The notes beneath the pieces were generated by a model. The model saw only the letters and a list, made by a program, of their open reading frames with translations. It made no database searches and was not told the DNA's origin. From positions 1 to 64,000 of the forward strand of contig JALAGF010003145.1 in assembly GCA_030167865.1 (NCBI GenBank): 64,000 bases of DNA. Direction: 5' to 3'. This document shows positions 13,766 through 24,909 of this stretch, piece after piece (the first letter of the stretch is position 1; each line of letters opens with the position of its first letter). This stretch comes from Craspedostauros australis. Its lineage: Eukaryota. A program made the position numbers and the translations under genes.

Positions 13766-13801
13766 ACAATCACAGACACAATCACAGACACAATCACAGA
13801 C
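13766..13801. repeat. (ACAATCACAGAC)x3 tandem repeat
   Basis: Read directly; lies in the EPT/myosin divergent intergenic region. Confidence 0.9.
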
Positions 13802-13908
13802 GCAGACGCAAACGAAGAACTGTGACCACTCGACTGTTACGACGGCTGCCGCCACTGCTCCTGCATTATCCATCAAAGCAACCCGATCGCATCATCTGCA
13901 AGTGCATA

Positions 13909-13956
13909 CCAATACGAGTATCAATACGAGGACCAATACGAGGACCAATACGAGCA
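13909..13956. repeat. (YCAATACGAGBA)x4 12-mer tandem repeat just upstream of the myosin ATG
   Basis: ccaatacgagta tcaatacgagga ccaatacgagga ccaatacgagca. Confidence 0.9.
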
Positions 13957-13975
13957 CGATACCATCAATTCAACA

Positions 13976-16900
13976 ATGAGGCCCAACAATGCGCGGCATA
14001 GATCGAATCCCAGAAGCACGGAACGCGGGCGGGAGGATACCAGGAACAGGAACTATGTGTGGGTGCGCACGGACATCGTGGAGGCTATTTGGAACAACAA
14101 CGGGAGTCTGCCTGCGAATTGGAAGCCATCGAGGAAGCGAGGGCGCAACGAGGTCGGTGGCTGGGGATGGTGCCGCGCCTACGTCGTCGAGTCCACCGGG
14201 GCCAACGTGCAGTCCACGGATCCTTCAGACGCATCGAATCAGCAACAGGAGAATCCCTTCGCCTCGGTCAAGCTGCGAGCCTCGCCGGTGCCGACGAGAC
14301 ACAACAAGCCATCGTCAGCTGGGGGGAGGCATCGCAAGTCCGCGCATTCGGCGTCGTCGCAAGATGCATCACCGGGCAGGATCATACTCGTCACGTTGAC
14401 GGTGGACGATGAAGAGTTCGCGCCACCCCACCTACAGCAGGCAACCGTCTCCCTCAGCTACGATGCGACGGATCACAATCTGGTTTGCAGCGCGAACACG
14501 TGGTGGAACACTCTGCATCATGCCTTGCCACCCAGCGACTTGACCACCCTGACGCATCTGCATGAACCGTCAGTCGTCTACTGTCTCTGGAAACGATACC
14601 AGGAGGATCAGATCTACACCTACACTGGCAAGATCCTGCTGGCGCTCAACCCATTCCAGCCCCTCCACCAGCTGTACGGAGACCACGTCATGGAGAAGTA
14701 CTGGCAGAAAGATGAACTGGCGGGCATCGAGAGGCCGCCACCGCACATCTACGCAATCGCCCAGGACGCCTATCAGTGCATGAGCAATCACGGTGAGAAC
14801 CAATCGATCCTGGTTTCTGGTGAGTCCGGTTCGGGAAAGACGGTCACCACCAAGATCATCATGGGTTATCTGGCGACCCTGTCCCAAAAGATCGCCACAG
14901 AAGCCACTCAATCATCGCCATCTGCTGCCAACACGAATGCAAATGCAGACGCGCACAGCGGTGTCGAGGCTCAAATCCTGCAATCCAACCCCATCCTGGA
15001 ATCCTTTGGCAACGCCAGAACCGTGCGCAATGACAACAGCTCCAGATTCGGAAAGTTCATGGAGCTCCTCTTCTCGGCCAACGGCAGTCTAGTCTCTGCG
15101 TCCATCGAAACGTACCTGCTGGAGAAGGTCCGCCTCATCAGCCCGTCCTACGGCGAGCGTAACTATCACGTATTTTATGAACTGCTGGCAGGAGTCACCC
15201 AGCGCGAACGCCAAAGCCTGTGCATCGGCAACAAGACGCTGCGCGACTTTCGCATGACGGCATGCTCTGGGACGTTCGATAGACGCGACGGGATCAGTGA
15301 CCGCGAGACGTACAACGATCTGCGCGAGGCGTTGGATACTGTCGGGTTTGCGCATGAAGAACAGCAGAGCATGTTCGCGGTCGCCAGCGCCTTGCTTCAT
15401 GCATCCAATCTCACATTCGATCGTTCCAGTGAGGCGGGGGAGGATTCGTCCCAGCTGGTGCAATCCAACCCGTCCCTGCGCTCCGTCGTGCAGCTGCTTG
15501 GTGTACCTGCCGAAGCATTGAACAATGCGCTGTGCCTGTGTGAGATCAAGGCCAGAGGCGAGTCATTCTACAAGAATCTATCGGTGGAACAAGCAACGAA
15601 GGCTGTGGAAGCCTTCATCAAGGCAACCTACGGCGCGCTCTTCACTTACATCGTGCAACGCATCAACGATTCCATCGCTCTCGGCAGCAACAGCAGCAGC
15701 GGCAGCGGCAGTAGGAGCAGTCATGGTGCTGGCGCCATGCTCGACATCAACCCACCCATGCACAGCTTCGACGGAGCAGCGCCATCAACCAGAATCGGGG
15801 TGCTCGACATCTTTGGCTTCGAATCGTTCGCGTTCAATTCGTTCGAACAGCTCTGCATCAACTACTGCAACGAAGCGCTGCAGCAGCAATTCAATCGATT
15901 CGTTTTCAAGCTGGAGCAGGACGAATACCAACGCGAAGGCATCGAATGGTCGTTCATCACCTTCCCAGACAACCAGGAAATGCTGGATCTCATCGAGAAG
16001 AAGCGCGACGGCATTCTCTCCATTCTAGACGAACACTGCAGAATACCGAGAGGTTCGGACAAGTCGTTCGCGCAGGCCATGTACGAAAAGTGTCAGGATC
16101 ATCCACGCTTCTCTGCCACCAACACACAGAAGGGACAGATGAACTTCGCCATCCACCATTACGCAGGCGTGGTGGTCTACGACGCCATCGACTTCCTCGA
16201 AAAGAACAAGGACGAACTTCCCAAGGAGACGACAGATCTGCTGATCTCATCTTCGGTGCCTTTCCTGGCAGGTCTGGGCGACATTCTTGAGCACGGCCCA
16301 ATGCCGCTGACGGGATCGTCGTCATTGGAACACGGCGATTCGCAATCCTCAGGTCTGTACATGTCAAACGAACGCAACTCCCAACTATCCCCAGGCAGCA
16401 ACCACAACAACAAGAGCCTTTCGCGAGGCTCCAGCTCCCTGATACGCGAAAGCTTGGGCGCGCAATTCAGCCGCCAGCTCAAGGATCTGCGGCGTCGTAT
16501 CGACTGCACGACGCCGCACTACGTACGATGTCTCAAACCGAACGACGACCTGGTTCCGCGTCGATTCGAGGCTCACATCGTTGCGGATCAGCTCAGATGC
16601 GCAGGTGTCCTCGAAGCCATTCGAGTATCGCGCGTCGGTTTCCCTCACCGCTACTTGCATGAAGCCTTCCTGCAACGATACGAGGTTCTGGTGTTACCGA
16701 AAGAAGAGAACAACCGTGGGTACTACGACGCCGGTGATCGATGCTGCGATCTCATCGATGTTCTTTCGGAGCAAATTGCAGCGCTGTTAATAGATGTGTC
16801 CGGGGGGACCGTCGATGCCGATCAGGAACAGGAGCAGGGACTCGCAGAGCGAGAAATCGAGGAAGCTCGCAATGAACGAATCGACGAATTGATGCTCCAA

Positions 16901-19684
16901 GGTGTGCAAATTGGAAACACCAAGGTCTTCCTACAGAAGCAGCTGTACGATGCCTTGGAATTCCTACGGGCAAAGAAACTGACGCGGTCGGCCATCCTGA
17001 TACAGACTCACGTCCGTCGCTTCCAAGCCGAATGCTACCGCTGGAATGTCACGCTCGCCGCCATCATAGTCCAGACCTACGCACGTCGCTTCTTTGCCAT
17101 GAAACGGGCGCGGAGCATCAGGCAGGCACAGGCGGCCATCCGGATCCAGACCGCGTGGAGGATGCACCAAGCTGTGCAGTACTTCTACGCCGCGTACTGC
17201 ATCTCAATGTTCGCGCAGAGGTACTGGCGAGGCAGGATATCGCGTCAGCTCTACCGAATGATCGCAGTGGATTATATGGCGCTCCGTATCCAACGGGTGT
17301 GGCGCCGGGCAATCCATCGATTCCCCTACGTGAAGCTCAGGCGATCGGCCATAATCCTGCAGAGTCTGTGGCGGCGAAAGGAGGGTATCAACGCGATGAG
17401 GAGTCTGCGTCGTGAAGCTCGAAATTTGGATTCCGTCGCAGCAGAACGGGATAGATTCCGACAGGAGGTGCTGAATTTGCGAAGAGAGCTTGAGGAGGTG
17501 AAACATATCAACGGCTCCAACGGCTCCAACGGCGTTGGCAGTGGGGGTGGCAGCCCTCAAGGGTACGGTGTCGACAACGGCGAGGTCGATCGTTTGAAAC
17601 GCGAAGTGGAAAAGCTGCAGTGCGTCCTGGCGCAAAAGCAGACCACTCTTCGAACGGAGAAGCTTGAAAACGGGAGGTTACAAGGCAAGCTTGCTGAAAA
17701 GGACTCTGCTCTGCATCATGTGAAGGCATCATTGGGGATGAACTTATCAAACGACAATGGCCAGGACTATCGCAAGGATTATGTCAAAATGTATGGCGAC
17801 GCCAACGTGAACGGCAACGGACACGTCAATGTCAATGCCAATGGTAACCGCATTGCCAACATGAGCAACGTCGTCAACACGAGTCTCAACACCATGCCCG
17901 CCATGAACGAGAGCGCCTCCACGGCCAGCTCTGGGCATCACAAGAAAAATGGATGGCTCGGGCGGATGTTTGGACGCAAAGACACGGACAGCCAGGTCTC
18001 TCTAGCCAGCTTCTCTCCGCTCCCTGTGCTGCAGCGAGCATGGTCCACTCCATCGAAGCAAAGCATGATGTCCGCCAATCAAGGCTCGTTTGATAGTCCC
18101 ATGACGGAGCAGCAGGTCACGGCGCTGTACGCCAGTGCGACAGGAGGGGCCACAGTTTCCGGCAGTCCCAGCGTGGCCAACTCGAATATTTCGGTGAGCC
18201 TTCTCGACACGGAAGATCCCGCCGATGCAAGGCCATTGCAATCGGTGTCGGAGTCGCATGGCGCAATGTACAGCGGTGCTGGAGGTGACCACAGCCGATA
18301 CTCGAACAACGATTGGCACGTCACTCGGAACCTCAACGACACATTCGGATCTCAAGATCCTGACAGGGCGTACCGAGGTGATGATCCTTCCCAAAAACTG
18401 AACGGCGCGCTTGCTGAATTGCATCATGCAGTGTTGTCAAGCGATGTCGCGAAGGTCAACAAGCTGTGTGAAAATAGTTCCGACATGCACGATCTCACCA
18501 ACCAAGCCGGGCGAAGAGGTCGAACGGCACTGCACCTCTCGGTCACTGTTGACAATGTTCCCATCGCGCGGACGCTGATGAAAAGCGGTGCGATTGCGAA
18601 TGCACAAGATGGCGAGGGTCAGACACCGTTGCACCTCGCAACCAGCGCACCGATGACGAAGCTCCTGCTGGACACGGGCAGAGCCAATGCTAACATCCCT
18701 GACATCGACGGCGTGTGTGCTCTGCATCGCGCTGTTGAGCGGCGTGATATTGGGTCAGTGCGATTGCTGTTGGATAGCGGCGCGCGCGTCAATGCGGCCG
18801 ACAACGTCCGGTGGCTCAACGCGCTTCACACCGTCGCGTTGCCAGCCAAACTCACTGCCGGGAAGGAGTATGACGAGCAAGTTCTGATGAGAGCAAGGCC
18901 GCAAATCGCCAACCTCCTCTGCAGCGCGAGCGGTCCGTCTGCAACCGAATATTTGAACGAGCAGGACCGGGAAGGCAACGCCCCGATTCACCATGCCGCC
19001 CAGATCGATACGGCAGACGCATCCGACTTGATGAACGTGTTTTTGGAAAAAGGAGCCACCCCGAATGTGATGAATGGCAGGAAGCAACCTCCTATGCTTC
19101 TGCTTTGCCACAACGACTCGCTCCGAGCATTCGACAGCTTCCACGAGTGCCTGCACGACATGCTGTTCCACGATGCTGATCCCAACCTCCAATCGGCGAC
19201 GGGATGCACGCCGCTGCATCTCAGCCTCTACCATCGTGATATCGACGGTGCGGTGCAGCTGGTGAACCGAGCCGCGGAACTGCATCTGATCTGGACCAAG
19301 CCGAAGCGATGGACGGCATTTTGGGACGACATGGGCACTGCAGAAGTGCTGCCGCTGGACATGGTGAAGGATGAGCATTCGTTGCACCGCATTCTGGCGG
19401 CCATTTCCCATCCGCCCAAGTGGGCACCGTCGCGCCCGTGGTGCATGAACTGCCGCACGGGTCTGGGAACGTTCGCGAGGGCGATATTTTGCCGTCACTG
19501 CGGACGCAACGTGTGCGGCGCTTGTGCGAGGACGACGCTTGGGCCGGAGTACTTTCCGAAGTCTTTTGAGATCTACGAGGCCTCTTGGGTCTGCGTGATC
19601 TGTGAAAAGATCCTGATGTCACGCAAGGAAGAGACCAGCAGCAGCACGCATCCCATCTCATCGATTGGCGACGGGGACTTTTAA
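13976..19684 (+). CDS. Unconventional myosin heavy chain: motor, about 6 IQ motifs, coiled coil, ankyrin repeats and a FYVE-like zinc finger
   Basis: P-loop GESGSGKT, LESFGNARTVRNDNSSRFGKF, DIFGFE, FEQLCINYCNEALQQQFN, PHYVRCLKPN and QLRCAGVLEAIR. IQ-like motifs such as IQTHVRR, IQTAWRM and IQRVWRR. Ankyrin repeats GRTALHL and GQTPLHLA. C-terminal 8-Cys finger. Single 1902-aa ORF. Confidence 0.97.
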   Translation: MRPNNARHRSNPRSTERGREDTRNRNYVWVRTDIVEAIWNNNGSLPANWKPSRKRGRNEVGGWGWCRAYVVESTGANVQSTDPSDASNQQQENPFASVKLRASPVPTRHNKPSSAGGRHRKSAHSASSQDASPGRIILVTLTVDDEEFAPPHLQQATVSLSYDATDHNLVCSANTWWNTLHHALPPSDLTTLTHLHEPSVVYCLWKRYQEDQIYTYTGKILLALNPFQPLHQLYGDHVMEKYWQKDELAGIERPPPHIYAIAQDAYQCMSNHGENQSILVSGESGSGKTVTTKIIMGYLATLSQKIATEATQSSPSAANTNANADAHSGVEAQILQSNPILESFGNARTVRNDNSSRFGKFMELLFSANGSLVSASIETYLLEKVRLISPSYGERNYHVFYELLAGVTQRERQSLCIGNKTLRDFRMTACSGTFDRRDGISDRETYNDLREALDTVGFAHEEQQSMFAVASALLHASNLTFDRSSEAGEDSSQLVQSNPSLRSVVQLLGVPAEALNNALCLCEIKARGESFYKNLSVEQATKAVEAFIKATYGALFTYIVQRINDSIALGSNSSSGSGSRSSHGAGAMLDINPPMHSFDGAAPSTRIGVLDIFGFESFAFNSFEQLCINYCNEALQQQFNRFVFKLEQDEYQREGIEWSFITFPDNQEMLDLIEKKRDGILSILDEHCRIPRGSDKSFAQAMYEKCQDHPRFSATNTQKGQMNFAIHHYAGVVVYDAIDFLEKNKDELPKETTDLLISSSVPFLAGLGDILEHGPMPLTGSSSLEHGDSQSSGLYMSNERNSQLSPGSNHNNKSLSRGSSSLIRESLGAQFSRQLKDLRRRIDCTTPHYVRCLKPNDDLVPRRFEAHIVADQLRCAGVLEAIRVSRVGFPHRYLHEAFLQRYEVLVLPKEENNRGYYDAGDRCCDLIDVLSEQIAALLIDVSGGTVDADQEQEQGLAEREIEEARNERIDELMLQGVQIGNTKVFLQKQLYDALEFLRAKKLTRSAILIQTHVRRFQAECYRWNVTLAAIIVQTYARRFFAMKRARSIRQAQAAIRIQTAWRMHQAVQYFYAAYCISMFAQRYWRGRISRQLYRMIAVDYMALRIQRVWRRAIHRFPYVKLRRSAIILQSLWRRKEGINAMRSLRREARNLDSVAAERDRFRQEVLNLRRELEEVKHINGSNGSNGVGSGGGSPQGYGVDNGEVDRLKREVEKLQCVLAQKQTTLRTEKLENGRLQGKLAEKDSALHHVKASLGMNLSNDNGQDYRKDYVKMYGDANVNGNGHVNVNANGNRIANMSNVVNTSLNTMPAMNESASTASSGHHKKNGWLGRMFGRKDTDSQVSLASFSPLPVLQRAWSTPSKQSMMSANQGSFDSPMTEQQVTALYASATGGATVSGSPSVANSNISVSLLDTEDPADARPLQSVSESHGAMYSGAGGDHSRYSNNDWHVTRNLNDTFGSQDPDRAYRGDDPSQKLNGALAELHHAVLSSDVAKVNKLCENSSDMHDLTNQAGRRGRTALHLSVTVDNVPIARTLMKSGAIANAQDGEGQTPLHLATSAPMTKLLLDTGRANANIPDIDGVCALHRAVERRDIGSVRLLLDSGARVNAADNVRWLNALHTVALPAKLTAGKEYDEQVLMRARPQIANLLCSASGPSATEYLNEQDREGNAPIHHAAQIDTADASDLMNVFLEKGATPNVMNGRKQPPMLLLCHNDSLRAFDSFHECLHDMLFHDADPNLQSATGCTPLHLSLYHRDIDGAVQLVNRAAELHLIWTKPKRWTAFWDDMGTAEVLPLDMVKDEHSLHRILAAISHPPKWAPSRPWCMNCRTGLGTFARAIFCRHCGRNVCGACARTTLGPEYFPKSFEIYEASWVCVICEKILMSRKEETSSSTHPISSIGDGDF

Positions 19685-20051
19685 TCGTATCATCCAACTC
19701 TATGCCAGTATGAGGAGAGAACAGAAAAAAGATCGTGGACTCAAAAGCACTCTCTGGAGAGAGTAGAGTAGAGCAGATACATTATTTTCAGGATAGTGCA
19801 GTGTGTGTTGTGTTGCTGCGTGGGATTGGTGAACTTCTATTTGCATCATGAGCTAGATACTTATACGAGTCGCACGAAACAAACGATTAACTCCATCCGT
19901 TCCGTGTTGTGTTTTGCATGTTTGAGGCTGTGCATCGATTTGAGTTTGAGTTGAATTCGTTACTGTATTCGTTGCTTCGCTTGATTTGCTTCCATCCTGC
20001 TCAGGCAGCTCATGCAGTTCGTCCAGCTCATGACGACGATGGCACGCAGGA

Positions 20052-21495
20052 TCACCAATTGAAGCCAGGATGCTTGGAGAATGTGCTCTTGCCGTACGTC
20101 AGGTGTCCGATATCACCGATCATTCTGCAGCTGACTGTTCCCGTGGGGCGGATTGTGAGGTAAGTGAGGGAGCAGTTGAAAGTGCTGAATCTCAACCATG
20201 CCTCCGGTGGCATCTGCAGGGCGCGGCACAAGAAGTAACGAATCACGTTGGCATGGCACACGATGATCTCAAATTCATGTTTCGGCTGTTCCTCCGCATC
20301 GACGTCGCCCTCTGATTCATCCTGCTCCTTGTTTTCATCAAACGGGGCTCGGTAGAAGTATTTCGCAAAGGCTCTTTCGATCCTTGGGTGAGTCTCGTCG
20401 GTCTTTTGAATGGTGGACGGGGACGCTCTACCACCTGGGATGTTGTGGCAGGGACGACCCTCGTTGAGATCGGGATCAGGTTCGGCTCTGGGGACGGCGG
20501 GCAAGTGCGCCGCGATGAGATCAGCGGTCTCCTTGGCCCGCGTCATGTCAGAAACTCGCACGACATTGATGTTGCACGGCCCAAATTCTTTGGAGACACC
20601 ATCCAGCATCTCACGCAGGCGCTTTCCGGTGAGATCGGCCTGCTCCCTGCCCAACGGCGTGAGGATCTTCTTCGTCTCGTCCTTATGATCCTCTTCGTAT
20701 TGTCCATGCCGGACCAAGATGATGTGGCGCGTCACTCCTTCTTTTCGGATCTTTCGCATCCGTTGTCGGTTCTGCTCCGAGTCACCCGTTAGCTCTGGCT
20801 TTTTGCCATCCCAGTTGTCGTCCCTGCGCATTGGATTCAATCCATTGATGTGGCGTGGTGTTGTATGATATAGTGTAATTTGGTGCGATGTAATACAATA
20901 CAAAACAATGCAATGGGATGAGTTGGGGAAGCCTGTTCACGGAGCAGCAACATGGATAGATGGAGATCAAAAGGCACTCAACGAAGGGCAGTGTGTTCAT
21001 TGATTGGTACTGGGGCACAGTCACAGAGCAACCAAGTTGATTTCAAATCAAATCAAGTCAAGTAGCGTGAACGCAACACACCACGCCACACCACACCACA
21101 CCACGACGCATGATAAGACAACGAACTTCAGTTTCTCTGTGTGCACTCTCTTCTCCTCCACTTCATGTACTCAATACACTCAATGTACTCAATGCATGGT
21201 TATAAACCATGACGTACCACAGAGGATACTTGACCCTTGGCTGCCAAAGTTGGCGTTTCGGGAACAGTCTCCCGAAATCTCCCTTGGCATCGGGCATCAT
21301 GCCAAAGCCTGCTGCGCTGCTGTCCTTGGGCTCGACCTTGAGCGAACCGGCCTCCGAGTTGGAGCTGGAGGTTGATCCTGAATCGCACATCGTCTCACCG
21401 TTTCTTTGATTGCTGAGAATGAAGCTTTGCGCCAACACAGCGCTCAAGGCCCCAGCGTGGCTCGCACGAGCGAAACGCATGAAATTAAACGACAT
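20052..21495 (-). CDS. PGAM5: Mitochondrial Ser/Thr/His phosphatase PGAM5
   Basis: Exons 21495-21218 and 20823-20052. Splicing restores the PGAM5 WDxNWD motif (W|DDNWD). Also LVRHGQY, LTPLGREQA, SDMTRAKETA and EIIVCHANVIRYFLCRALQMPPEAWLR. Confidence 0.93.
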
Positions 21496-22086
21496 GGTTG
21501 CGGACGGTCAGCGTGGATTCCTTCGTTTGTACTAGGATGGATGCGTGCTTGTGAAATCAGCGGCGTTTGCGAGATGTGCAATGATGAGGAGAAGGAGCAG
21601 GAAGTCTTCCACGATGTGTGCATGTGTGCTCTTCAGTTTCGATTGTGTCTCCCCTCTCGTGCGGTTGGCCGTCGTGTTGTGATCTGTGTTCGTCTGCGCG
21701 TGTGTTTTCGCGTAGTTGTGGTTGATGTCGGAAGCACAGCGAAAAAGTGGAAGGATTAAAATCTGGATATTTTAGTCAAGTTGGTCGAAGATCGATAGTT
21801 AGCTGCTCCACCAACAAAAATTGCTCCTAAAAATACCCTGAAATGAAGCCTGCGATTGAATGAGTTATCGACTATCATGAAATAGACCAGAAAGCTAATT
21901 CTGAGCCAAACTCATCGTTGTTGTCCACAAAAGAAGAGCGTGGTTCGAAGATCTTCGGCACCACCTCCGCCATCGAATCGGACGCGAACGAGTGCTCGTC
22001 GTTAGGCTCAAAGAGAAGGGAGAAAGAGAGGAAGCACGAACGCACTCGCACAGATCACTTCGATCGTATTCGCAGAACAGTCCTGA

Positions 22087-23010
22087 ATGAAGTACCACAG
22101 TCGTGCAATCTGTTTCCTTGTGGCTGCATCTGCAAGATCTCTGTGCGGTGAAGCTCTGGCGACGAACGCTAACTTTGCAAGGAGCAGATCAGTCTTTGGA
22201 GCTGCTGCTGGTATCTCGCAGTCTCTGTCACCATCTACAAGTGCGATTGCGAGCACGAGCACAACAAGAGCAATAGGTGCATCTCGTTTGACATCCTCAT
22301 TGTCGCTATCATCAAGCCCATCGAGCCCATCAGAAGGCAAAGATACTGTTGCCACCATGTCGGCATCCACCACATCCTGGCGATCATTGCTGGAAGTCTC
22401 CATCGCCAAGAGCCGCAAAATCCGCGGTTCCAACTACGTCCAGCTATCCACCGTTCAGGATGGCGAACCACGTTGCCGCACGGTGGTCTTTCGCGGATTC
22501 CAAAATCTGCCGGCCGACCACCCCGATTCCAACCTGTGCGATGACAAGACGTGTGTCCTCAAGATGTGCACGGATCTGCGTTCGCAAAAGGTCACGCAGA
22601 ACACCAAGCAACCTATCGCCGAGATGGTCTGGTGGTTTCCCAAGACCAGCGAGCAGTATCGCATCCGCGGTGTTCTGCGGTTGTTGGATGGCAGCGGCGA
22701 CAGTGACGCGGACAAGGCGTACACCGTCGCGAGGAAGGAGCTGTGGGGGAACATGGCCGATTCGAGTCGTGAGAGTTTCCTCAATGAGGCCCACCCTGGC
22801 GAGGATCTTGTCGATCCATCCACCTTGACACCACCACCGGCAGGTGGGCGAGATGAGGATGGCAAGGTCCTGCCGGTTCCCGAGCGCTTTCTTCTCATGC
22901 TGCTGGATCCGACGGACATTGACTACCTTTGCTTGACAGGCGACCAGTACCGTCAGATCGACACGAAGGATCCAGAGAAGGGTTGGGTAAGCAAGCGCGT
23001 CAATCCATAG
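22087..23010 (+). CDS. Pyridoxamine 5'-phosphate oxidase-like FMN-binding protein with an N-terminal targeting presequence
   Basis: YVQLSTV..GEPRCRTVVFRGF, TDLRSQKV, EMVWWFPKTSEQYRIRG, DYLCL and a C-terminal VNP. Signal-peptide-like N-terminus followed by a Ser-rich transit-like region. Confidence 0.85.
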   Translation: MKYHSRAICFLVAASARSLCGEALATNANFARSRSVFGAAAGISQSLSPSTSAIASTSTTRAIGASRLTSSLSLSSSPSSPSEGKDTVATMSASTTSWRSLLEVSIAKSRKIRGSNYVQLSTVQDGEPRCRTVVFRGFQNLPADHPDSNLCDDKTCVLKMCTDLRSQKVTQNTKQPIAEMVWWFPKTSEQYRIRGVLRLLDGSGDSDADKAYTVARKELWGNMADSSRESFLNEAHPGEDLVDPSTLTPPPAGGRDEDGKVLPVPERFLLMLLDPTDIDYLCLTGDQYRQIDTKDPEKGWVSKRVNP

Positions 23011-23544
23011 GGCGACGATGCAGCTACAATGCTAAGCAATAGCTCTTAGGAAGAGCTTGTACGCTATTTTAGAAATATGGGTTGGACACTGCGCACTGGT
23101 ACGACGACCTGCGAGCACATGCGTGTGAGAAAAGTGGTTCCTTCACCTTGAATTCATGTGATGGCATGGGTTGGTCTCTAGAGAAGCCGATCAACAAGTA
23201 GTATCATCAAAGAGCAGTATTCCAGAAATAGGAATCAGCTACTTAAACTAATCGAAGGACGTAGTGTGTGGTACTTCAGATCAAAGCATACCAGTAGTGT
23301 GCATTATTCTAAACCACACATCTACTCCTGTTTGTCGCTGTGTTGGTTGAATGCTCGTAGCATACGGGTACGTTGGCGCCATACTCGTAATATATTCAAC
23401 GCTGCATCACGATAGCTGCCTGTTAACAGACGTTCGTGCATCATTGGAGCAAGTTGCATCGAGTACCGGTACTGTTCATCAAGATAGTACATCATACAGT
23501 GCTCTGTTCTGCTCGACTCGACTCGACTAGAGAGAGAGATCGAT

Positions 23545-24909
23545 TCAAGGCGACACTGTCGCTCGATCCTGCATGGTTCGGTCCGACGAACACGAATTGT
23601 CAAGCGCTGTCGAAACACCAGGCGACTTCGTGGCCTCACCTGTCGCTTCGAACGTCGCGGCCTTCCAGACGGGCACCTTGTCCTGCCGCAGCATCTTTCG
23701 CCGCTTGCGCTCCTTCTTCCGCAAGCGCTCCATTCGCTCACGCCTCTCAATCTCGACAGGATCGTACTTCATGACGAAGTCATCGCGTTTGTTCATGGCC
23801 TTGGCGCGCTCAGCCAAGTCCGGGTACTTCGTCTCCAGCTGGCAGAGCCATTTCCACGCCATGCGCTTTCGACCCGTGCGCGTCTTCATCCAAACGGCAT
23901 CGAAGTTGCGAGGCGAGCAGAAGTTCTGCGTGACCGCCACGCTGTGGTTGAGGTTGAGGACGGCGTGCCACCAGCCGTTGGGGACGAAGACCGTCTCGCC
24001 CGCCTTTTGCGTGAACTCGTAGCAACGAAAGTCGCGGTACTTGGGATCCGACCTCATCTTCTCCGCCTTGCGCTTGATGCGCGGGAGGATGTACATGAAG
24101 TAATGGATGGCCTCGTCATCCTCGTGCGACTCTACGAGGCCCTTGCCCTTCACAATGTCCTTCGAAAGGTGGGGCGGGAAGACGACCCAGCGCTTCTCTC
24201 CCTGGATGAGAGTGTTCCAAGCGCTGGTGGCCAAGGGGTCGATGTGCACGCAGGTTCCGGATCGCTCAGGTCCCAGCAACCACCACCGGTACGGCGGTCT
24301 CCGACTTTCGCTGACCAGACCGAAGAGGTCGTCGCCGAAGTACGATGGCACCCTGTAGTGATCCAGCAGCTGCTTCGAGTGCTCGTCCTCGTCGAAGGTG
24401 GAATCAAACACGTAGAGCGGCGAGTCGTCTTTGTTGTTGTGGGTGTACTCGATGAAGTGCTTGAGCTTGACCCTGATGTTCTTGCCGTCGTCATCTTCGC
24501 CGCACTTGAAGGTGTACTTCATGAGAGTGTCGTTGCCTGGCAGCGCGTCGAGCGTCCATTCCTTCTGCGCCTTCCATCTGTCACGGCGCTCGCCGCCGTC
24601 CCAGCCCGAGGGGACGTTCTGAATGACGCAGGGGATGGAGTTGAGCTCGTACTGGTAGAAGTCCTCCGGCCGCACGGACAAGCCATCCAGCACGGCTGGG
24701 ATTTGGTGGAGCTGGTTGTGCCCATCCTGCCGGATCTGGTGGCTCGTGCTGCTGCCGCCGTTGCCGAGGATGAAGCGCTCGTAGTTGGGGCGTCTGGAAA
24801 GATCCTTGACGAAGGTCGGGAAGACCTCGCTGAGGCCATCCTGCTCCCAATTCTTCAGCGACGGCCGATGCAGCTTCCGCGCCTTTTCCATCTTCTTTCG
24901 CCAGCCCAT
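23545..24909 (-). CDS. JMJD6: JmjC 2OG/Fe(II) oxygenase, JMJD6/PSR-like
   Basis: FKCGEDDDG, DDSPLYVFDS, RPPYRWW..GPERSGTCVHIDPLATSAWN, KRW, GETVFVPNGWWHAVLNL and AVTQNF. Confidence 0.93.
   Translation of the reverse strand: MGWRKKMEKARKLHRPSLKNWEQDGLSEVFPTFVKDLSRRPNYERFILGNGGSSTSHQIRQDGHNQLHQIPAVLDGLSVRPEDFYQYELNSIPCVIQNVPSGWDGGERRDRWKAQKEWTLDALPGNDTLMKYTFKCGEDDDGKNIRVKLKHFIEYTHNNKDDSPLYVFDSTFDEDEHSKQLLDHYRVPSYFGDDLFGLVSESRRPPYRWWLLGPERSGTCVHIDPLATSAWNTLIQGEKRWVVFPPHLSKDIVKGKGLVESHEDDEAIHYFMYILPRIKRKAEKMRSDPKYRDFRCYEFTQKAGETVFVPNGWWHAVLNLNHSVAVTQNFCSPRNFDAVWMKTRTGRKRMAWKWLCQLETKYPDLAERAKAMNKRDDFVMKYDPVEIERRERMERLRKKERKRRKMLRQDKVPVWKAATFEATGEATKSPGVSTALDNSCSSDRTMQDRATVSP

Noticed and set aside
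13766-13956. Regular repeats as a possible CRISPR-like array
   Set aside because: Contiguous 12-mers with no spacers and no cas genes, in a eukaryotic context.
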